Shown here: in pieces, positions 7,462-14,024 of the stretch
Layout: each line of letters opens with the position of its first letter
Numbering within the stretch: the first letter of the stretch is position 1
Assembly (NCBI GenBank): GCA_040752415.1
Contig: JBFMGU010000273.1
Location: forward strand, 1 to 14,024
Direction: 5' to 3'
Source of the DNA: Myxococcota bacterium
GTDB lineage: Bacteria; Myxococcota; JACRCW01
Length of the DNA: 14,024 nucleotides
Program-made: the position numbers and the translations under genes
Notes under the pieces: model-generated
Database searches by the model: none
What the model was told of the DNA's origin: nothing
What the model saw: the letters and a program-made list of their open reading frames with translations, nothing else

Positions 7462-7983
7462 TCACCCGGACAACAGCCCCAGGATGTGCCTGAGCTGAGG
7501 GACCAGGAGCTTCTCGGCGGCGAGTCGCACCGCGGCCGTGGACCCGGGCAGGCTCACCAGCAACGCCCGCCCCCGCGTCCCCGCCACCGCCCGACTCAAC
7601 ATGGCCGCCGCGCCAATCTCCTGGAAGCTCAGCATCCGGAACAGCTCCCCAAAGCCCGGCAGCGGCTTGTCCAGCATCTTCTCCACCACCTCGGGCGTGC
7701 CGTCGCGCGGCGCCAGGCCCGTGCCGCCGTTGAGGATGACCGCGCGCGCCCCGCCGTTGAGCGCCTGCTCGATGGCCACGCGGATCTGCCACGGCTCATC
7801 CTTCACGATCACGGGATCCCCGACGTGGAAACCCGCTTCCTGGAGCTTGTCCCGCAACGTCGCGCCGCTGGTGTCGTCGGCGGAGGTGCGGGTGTCGCTG
7901 ACGGTGATGACGGCAATGGGCGCGGGCGCCTGCTCGTCGTGGGCGTGGTGGTCCTTCCTGGCGTGGTGCTTGTGGTGGGTCAT
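7462..7983 (-). CDS. moaB: Molybdenum cofactor biosynthesis protein MoaB/Mog family
   Basis: IAVITVSDTRT...DTSG, IVKDE, NGGTGLAPRDGTPE, LPGFGELFRMLS, AMLSRA, SLPGS. ATGA overlap with the upstream gene. Confidence 0.93.
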   Translation of the reverse strand: MTHHKHHARKDHHAHDEQAPAPIAVITVSDTRTSADDTSGATLRDKLQEAGFHVGDPVIVKDEPWQIRVAIEQALNGGARAVILNGGTGLAPRDGTPEVVEKMLDKPLPGFGELFRMLSFQEIGAAAMLSRAVAGTRGRALLVSLPGSTAAVRLAAEKLLVPQLRHILGLLSG

Positions 7984-8549
7984 TTGAGCCTTCTGCTGAG
8001 CTCCTTGAACGCGGGGTCCTCGGAGCTCCCCAGCAGCTCAAAGATGACGCTCTCCGTGGTGGTCACCTGCGCGCCGGCGGCGCGGATCATCTCCAACGCG
8101 GCGGCGTGGTCCGCGGCGCGACGGCTGCAGATGGCGTCGTGCGGGACGTGGGTGAGGAAGCCTTCCAGGCAGAGGTCACGCACGGTCTGGTAGACGCACA
8201 CGTGGGCCTCCATCCCCGTCACCACCACGCGACGCGCCCGCACGCCGTTGAGCCAGCGCAGCACCTCCGGCGCACCCAGCGCGCTGAAGCACGTCTTGCT
8301 GAGCGCCGGCGGCGCCTTGGCCGCGGTGAGCGCGCTCTTCACCGTCGCGGCGGTGGGCCCCAGGCCCTGCGGGTACTGCTCGGTGTGGTGCACCGGGAGG
8401 CCCAGGAGCCGCGCCGTCTCGACGAGATCCGCGCTCCGCCGCACCACCGACTGCGCGGCATCCGGGGCCATGGCCGCCAGCAGACGCTCCTGGACGTCCA
8501 CCACCAGCACCGCCGTGTCCGAGCGCAACAGGCGCAGATCCATGCCCAT
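7980..8549 (-). CDS. Isochorismatase-family cysteine hydrolase (YcaC/ISOC2-like)
   Basis: VVDVQERL, TEQYPQGLGPT, KTCFSA, GMEAHVCVYQT (Asp-Lys-Cys triad), TTESVIFELL. Start is ATG 8549 (GGAG upstream) or 8543. Confidence 0.92.
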   Translation of the reverse strand: MGMDLRLLRSDTAVLVVDVQERLLAAMAPDAAQSVVRRSADLVETARLLGLPVHHTEQYPQGLGPTAATVKSALTAAKAPPALSKTCFSALGAPEVLRWLNGVRARRVVVTGMEAHVCVYQTVRDLCLEGFLTHVPHDAICSRRAADHAAALEMIRAAGAQVTTTESVIFELLGSSEDPAFKELSRRLK

Positions 8550-8665
8550 GCTTGTTTGCTCCCTCGTGCCCCCGCGCAGGGCGGCGCATGGTGCGCCCGA
8601 CGAGACGTTCCTTTCAAGCCCCAGGCCCGGTCGACGATTCCCCGCAACAAACGGGGGAGGTGGTC

Positions 8666-8696
8666 TTGACGGGCGAGGGGGTCGGGCCAATAACGT
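8666..8696 (+). promoter_or_regulatory. Possible sigma-70-type promoter upstream of mreB
   Basis: TTGACG at 8666-8671 and TAACGT at 8691-8696. The 19-nt spacer is long, so the call is tentative. Confidence 0.35.
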
Positions 8697-8782
8697 GCCC
8701 CGTTGCTCCTTCTGTCCGCTCGTGCCCCAGCACGAGGCTGGACGTCCTCGGAGGGAGCCTCAAGAAAAGGGGAACACCCTCC

Positions 8783-9808
8783 GTGTGGAACAAGCTCCTG
8801 GGCCTCTTCAGCGCCGACCTGGCCATCGACCTCGGCACCGCCAACACGCTCGTGCACGTGCGCGGCAAGGGCGTGGTCCTCAATGAGCCGTCCGTGGTTG
8901 CCATCGTCAAGAACGGCAGCGCCCCCAAGGTGCTGGCCGTGGGACGGGAGGCCAAGGAGATGCTGGGCAAGACGCCGGGCAACATCGTGGCCATCCGGCC
9001 CATGCGTGACGGCGTCATCGCTGACTTCACCATCACCGAGCAGATGATCAAGTACTTCATCCAGAAGGTGAATCAGCGCAGCTACCTCATCAAGTCCCGC
9101 GTGCTCATCTCCATTCCCGCCGGCATCACCAGCATCGAGATGAAGGCGGTGCGTGAGGCCGCGGAAGGCGCTGGCGTGCGCGAGGTGTATCTCATTGAGC
9201 AGCCCATGGCGGCGGCGGTGGGCGCGGGGCTGCCGGTGCAGGACGCGCGCGGCAGCATGATCGTGGACATTGGCGGCGGCACCACCGACGTGGCGGTCAT
9301 CAGCCTGGGCGGCCTGGTGAGCTTCCAGACGCTGCGCGTGGCCGGCGACAAGATGGATGAGGCGATCATCAACTACATCCGCAAGAAGCACAACATCCTC
9401 GTCGGAGAGCGCACCGCGGAAATCATCAAGATGAAGATCGGCAGCGCGTACGCGCTGGAGGAGGAGCTGGACCTGGAAGTGAAGGGCCGCGACCTCATCA
9501 CCGGCGTGCCGCGCTCCATCACCGTGACGTCGGTGGAAATCCGTGAGGCGCTGCAGGACTCCATCCGCGCCGTGGTGGGCGCCGTGAAGGCCACGTTGGA
9601 GAAGACGCCGCCGGAACTCAGCGCTGACATCATCGACCGCGGCATCGTGCTGTGCGGCGGTGGCTCGCAGATTGCCTCGCTGGATGTGCTGCTGGCGGAG
9701 GAGTGCGGGCTGCCGGTGTTCGTCGCCGAGAACCCGCTGCACGCGGTGGTGGATGGCGTGGGCGTGGTGCTGGAGAACCTGGATACGTACAAGAACCTGC
9801 TGATCTGA
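8783..9808 (+). CDS. mreB: Rod shape-determining protein MreB (actin-like ATPase, 341 aa)
   Basis: GTG start after AAGGGGA. Motifs FSADLAIDLGTANT, NEPSVVA, RPMRDGVIADF, EQPMAAAVGA, VDIGGGTT, AGDKMDEAI, GERTAE, KGRDL, TPPELSADIIDRGIVLCGGG. Confidence 0.96.
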   Translation: MWNKLLGLFSADLAIDLGTANTLVHVRGKGVVLNEPSVVAIVKNGSAPKVLAVGREAKEMLGKTPGNIVAIRPMRDGVIADFTITEQMIKYFIQKVNQRSYLIKSRVLISIPAGITSIEMKAVREAAEGAGVREVYLIEQPMAAAVGAGLPVQDARGSMIVDIGGGTTDVAVISLGGLVSFQTLRVAGDKMDEAIINYIRKKHNILVGERTAEIIKMKIGSAYALEEELDLEVKGRDLITGVPRSITVTSVEIREALQDSIRAVVGAVKATLEKTPPELSADIIDRGIVLCGGGSQIASLDVLLAEECGLPVFVAENPLHAVVDGVGVVLENLDTYKNLLI

Positions 9809-9834
9809 GCCCGGCAGCCCGTGGCGTGGCCGGG

Positions 9835-9843
9835 TGCTAGGAT
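9835..9843 (+). promoter_or_regulatory. Possible extended -10 element (TGcTAGGAT) for a leaderless Uma2 transcript
   Basis: TG-C-TAGGAT followed by 6 nt and then ATG 9850. The same TAGGAT hexamer occurs in the putative thiC promoter. AGGA could instead be a Shine-Dalgarno site. Confidence 0.4.
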
Positions 9844-9849
9844 GAAGCC

Positions 9850-10644
9850 ATGTCCCGGCCGGCGCCCAAGCACACCCACACGGGTCCGTTCACCGCGTCC
9901 CAGCTCAGCGAGAGCGACCGTTACGAGCTGACGGAGGGCCACCCGGTCTACCGCGGCCCGGGCGGCGGCGACCACGCGCGGACCTCCACGTTGGCGGCGG
10001 AGGTGGTGGACTCCGACCCGGACGCGGAAGAGACGGGGGTGGACGCGGGATACTCGTGGGAGCCCTCCGCGCTGCGCGCGCCCGACGTGGCCGTGGGCAA
10101 CGTGCCCGACCGCCCCGGCTGGATTCCCGGTGCGCCCAAGCTGGCCATCGAGGTCGCAACCGCCAACCAGGACGAGAGTGACCTGCAGCAGAAGCTGGCG
10201 GAGCTGTTCCGCGCCGGGACGCGCTTGGTGTGGGTGGTTCGGCTGGTGGGGTCCCGGCGGGTGGAGGTCTATGAGGCGGAGAAGCTGGTGCGGGTGGTGG
10301 GCCCCGGGGAGAAGCTGTTGGCGCCGGGCATCCTGCGGAATCCCGTCCCGGTGGAGGCGCTCTATGACCGGCGCGTCGCCCACGACGTCACGTTCCACAA
10401 CCTCCTCAATCGCCTGGGGTACCAGGACCTGGAGCAGGTCAAGGCGGAGGGCGTGAAGGAAGGCCTGCAGGAGGGCACGCTGGTGAGCGTGGTTTCCCTG
10501 TTTGCAGCGCGCCTGGGCCGGCCGGTGTCCGACGACGAAGAGCGAATCCTGGCCGCGCGTATCCCCGCGTTGGGGCTGGACGCCGTGCAGCGCGCCGCGC
10601 TGGAGATGGACGCGGCGGGCCTGGCGGCCTGGCTGCGCTCGTGA
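9850..10644 (+). CDS. Uma2 family PD-(D/E)XK-fold endonuclease with DUF4351-like helical C-terminus
   Basis: RYELTEG, H, RAPDVAV, APKLAIEVA, GTRLVWVV, RRVEVY. The tail EGVKEGLQEG...LFAARLGR...LAAWL is typical of DUF4351/Rpn-like C-termini. Confidence 0.88.
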   Translation: MSRPAPKHTHTGPFTASQLSESDRYELTEGHPVYRGPGGGDHARTSTLAAEVVDSDPDAEETGVDAGYSWEPSALRAPDVAVGNVPDRPGWIPGAPKLAIEVATANQDESDLQQKLAELFRAGTRLVWVVRLVGSRRVEVYEAEKLVRVVGPGEKLLAPGILRNPVPVEALYDRRVAHDVTFHNLLNRLGYQDLEQVKAEGVKEGLQEGTLVSVVSLFAARLGRPVSDDEERILAARIPALGLDAVQRAALEMDAAGLAAWLRS

Positions 10645-10647
10645 CGC

Positions 10648-11034
10648 TCAGCGCTTCACCGCCACCATGTCGATCTCCACGCGTGCGCCCTTGGGTAGCG
10701 CGGCCACCGCCACCGTCGAGCGCGCGGGCGGCTGCGAGGGGAAGTACTTCCCGTAGACCTCGTTGACCTTGGTGAAGTCGTTCATGTCCACGAGGTAGAT
10801 GGTGGCCTTCACCACGTCGTGGAAACGGCAGCCGGCGGCGTGCAGCACCTCCTCCAGGTTCTTCATCACGCGCTCGGTCATGACGGAGATGTCCCCGTCC
10901 ACGAGACCACCGGTGGTGGGATCCAGCGGGATCTGGCCGGAGGTGAAGATCATCTCGCCGGCGGGGACGCTGATGGCCTGGCTGTAGGGGCCAATGGCCT
11001 TGGGGGCCTTCTCGGTGTGGACGGGCTTCTTCAT
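10648..11034 (-). CDS. ridA: RidA/YjgF reactive intermediate (enamine/imine) deaminase
   Basis: APKAIGPYSQAI, FTSGQIPLDP, VVKATIYL, DFTKVNEVYG, PPARSTVAVAALPKGARVEID (catalytic Arg present). AGGAG RBS before ATG 11034. Confidence 0.95.
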   Translation of the reverse strand: MKKPVHTEKAPKAIGPYSQAISVPAGEMIFTSGQIPLDPTTGGLVDGDISVMTERVMKNLEEVLHAAGCRFHDVVKATIYLVDMNDFTKVNEVYGKYFPSQPPARSTVAVAALPKGARVEIDMVAVKR

Positions 11035-11133
11035 GGGTGGCTCTCCTGGGACGACGCTCACCTAGCGCAATCAGGGCGGCGGGAGAATCCGTGCGCGGAA
11101 GACCCTTGCGCCGCTGGGGTGTTCTCCCTCCTG

Positions 11134-11838
11134 ATGTTGGCGGAAACGACCCTGCTGCTGCTCCTCCACGGCGTGTCGTTCTGCGAGCCGGTGACGTCGC
11201 CCGCACAGGTGGTGCCGCCGGAAATGAAGGACCAGCGTCCCTCCGTGCGCGCGCTCCTCCTGCCGGGCGTGCGTGAGAACCTGGCGGGCGTGATGGGCGC
11301 GGGCCTGGCCGCGGTGGGCGGTGGCATCCTGGGCGTGATTGCGGCGGGCACGGTGGCCGCGCTGCTGACGACGGGAATCCTGTGGCAGCAGGCGCTCCTG
11401 CCCAACGAGGTCTCGCACGACCTGGTGCTCTTGATGTTGGCCGGCGCGTTGCCCCTCATCGTGGCGTTGATGATTCCCCTGGAGCTGGTGGGCTTCGTGC
11501 TCGCCGTCGGTGCGCAGTCGCGTGGGCAGGGGATGTCCATCCTGAGCGCGGTGGTCGCAGGCGTGGTGTCGTCGTGGATTCCGGTGGCGGCGGTGCTGGT
11601 GGTGGGGCTCATGCCCGGCGCCCTCTTGGGCCTCTACGCGCTGGCGCAGGGCGACACGGGGCTGACCCGCACCTCCGCGCTCCTGCTGACGACGGGTGCC
11701 GGAGTCTCGCTGTTGGCCCTCGTGTTGACCGCGTTGGTGCCGCGCTCGCTCGTGCACGTCATCCTGCGCGCCTTGGTGGAGCGGCTGCGCTCGCCCGCGG
11801 AGGACGTCGACGCGGTGCCCGCGGTGGTCCCGGTGTGA
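11134..11838 (+). CDS. Hypothetical integral membrane protein (about 4 hydrophobic segments after a signal-like N-terminus)
   Basis: Fills the gap between ridA and the ThiE-like gene, with long Gly/Ala/Leu/Val-rich hydrophobic stretches. The start is uncertain (ATG 11134 or GTG 11119). Confidence 0.7.
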   Translation: MLAETTLLLLLHGVSFCEPVTSPAQVVPPEMKDQRPSVRALLLPGVRENLAGVMGAGLAAVGGGILGVIAAGTVAALLTTGILWQQALLPNEVSHDLVLLMLAGALPLIVALMIPLELVGFVLAVGAQSRGQGMSILSAVVAGVVSSWIPVAAVLVVGLMPGALLGLYALAQGDTGLTRTSALLLTTGAGVSLLALVLTALVPRSLVHVILRALVERLRSPAEDVDAVPAVVPV

Positions 11839-11839
11839 A

Positions 11840-13971
<2,132 letters not shown>

Positions 13972-13975
<4 letters not shown>

Positions 13976-14022
13976 CCGCCTTTCTTCTTGCGTTTCCCCT
14001 TCTTCTCCGGCTTCGCAGGCTC
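13972..14022 (-). CDS. 3' end of an upstream gene with a Lys-rich C-terminal tail, truncated by the window edge
   Basis: The minus strand reads EPAKPEKKGKRKKKGG then TGA, which explains the pyrimidine-rich tract on the plus strand. Confidence 0.65.
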
Positions 14023-14024
14023 GG

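Noticed and set aside
9809..9835. Intrinsic terminator after mreB
   Set aside because: A GC stem is possible but there is no U-tract, so it is not called as a terminator.
8339..10398. Minus-strand ORFs 8339-9742 and 9373-10398
   Set aside because: Antisense shadows of mreB and Uma2.
13978..14010. Pyrimidine-rich tract as a terminator or microsatellite
   Set aside because: Explained by Lys/Glu/Gly codons of the upstream minus-strand gene's tail.

Overview
GC-rich bacterial chromosomal window (roughly 70% GC by eye) whose gene content suggests Myxococcota or a related deltaproteobacterial lineage (inference). The left part (1-6032) is a cluster of cell-envelope genes: the 3' end of a membrane protein, a probable paralogous CsgG/TolB_N-like protein with a C-terminal hydrophobic hairpin, a 628-aa lipoprotein with a Ser/Gly/Thr stalk and six ~58-aa eight-Cys repeats resembling thrombospondin type-1 repeats, a convergent secreted SpoIVB/S55-type protease with permuted catalytic motifs, and a DUF4352-like lipoprotein. 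A three-copy REP/BIME-like element lies at 6060-6225. The rest is mostly housekeeping: an isochorismatase-moaB-GNAT-Nudix run, an mreB without mreC/mreD, a Uma2 nuclease, ridA, a membrane protein, and thiC coupled to a ThiE-fold gene lacking the canonical catalytic residues, with no room for a TPP riboswitch. I see no rRNA, tRNA, CRISPR array, transposase or phage genes. The best candidate for something poorly described is the surface module at 1-2957. All family assignments come from motif recognition, not database searches.
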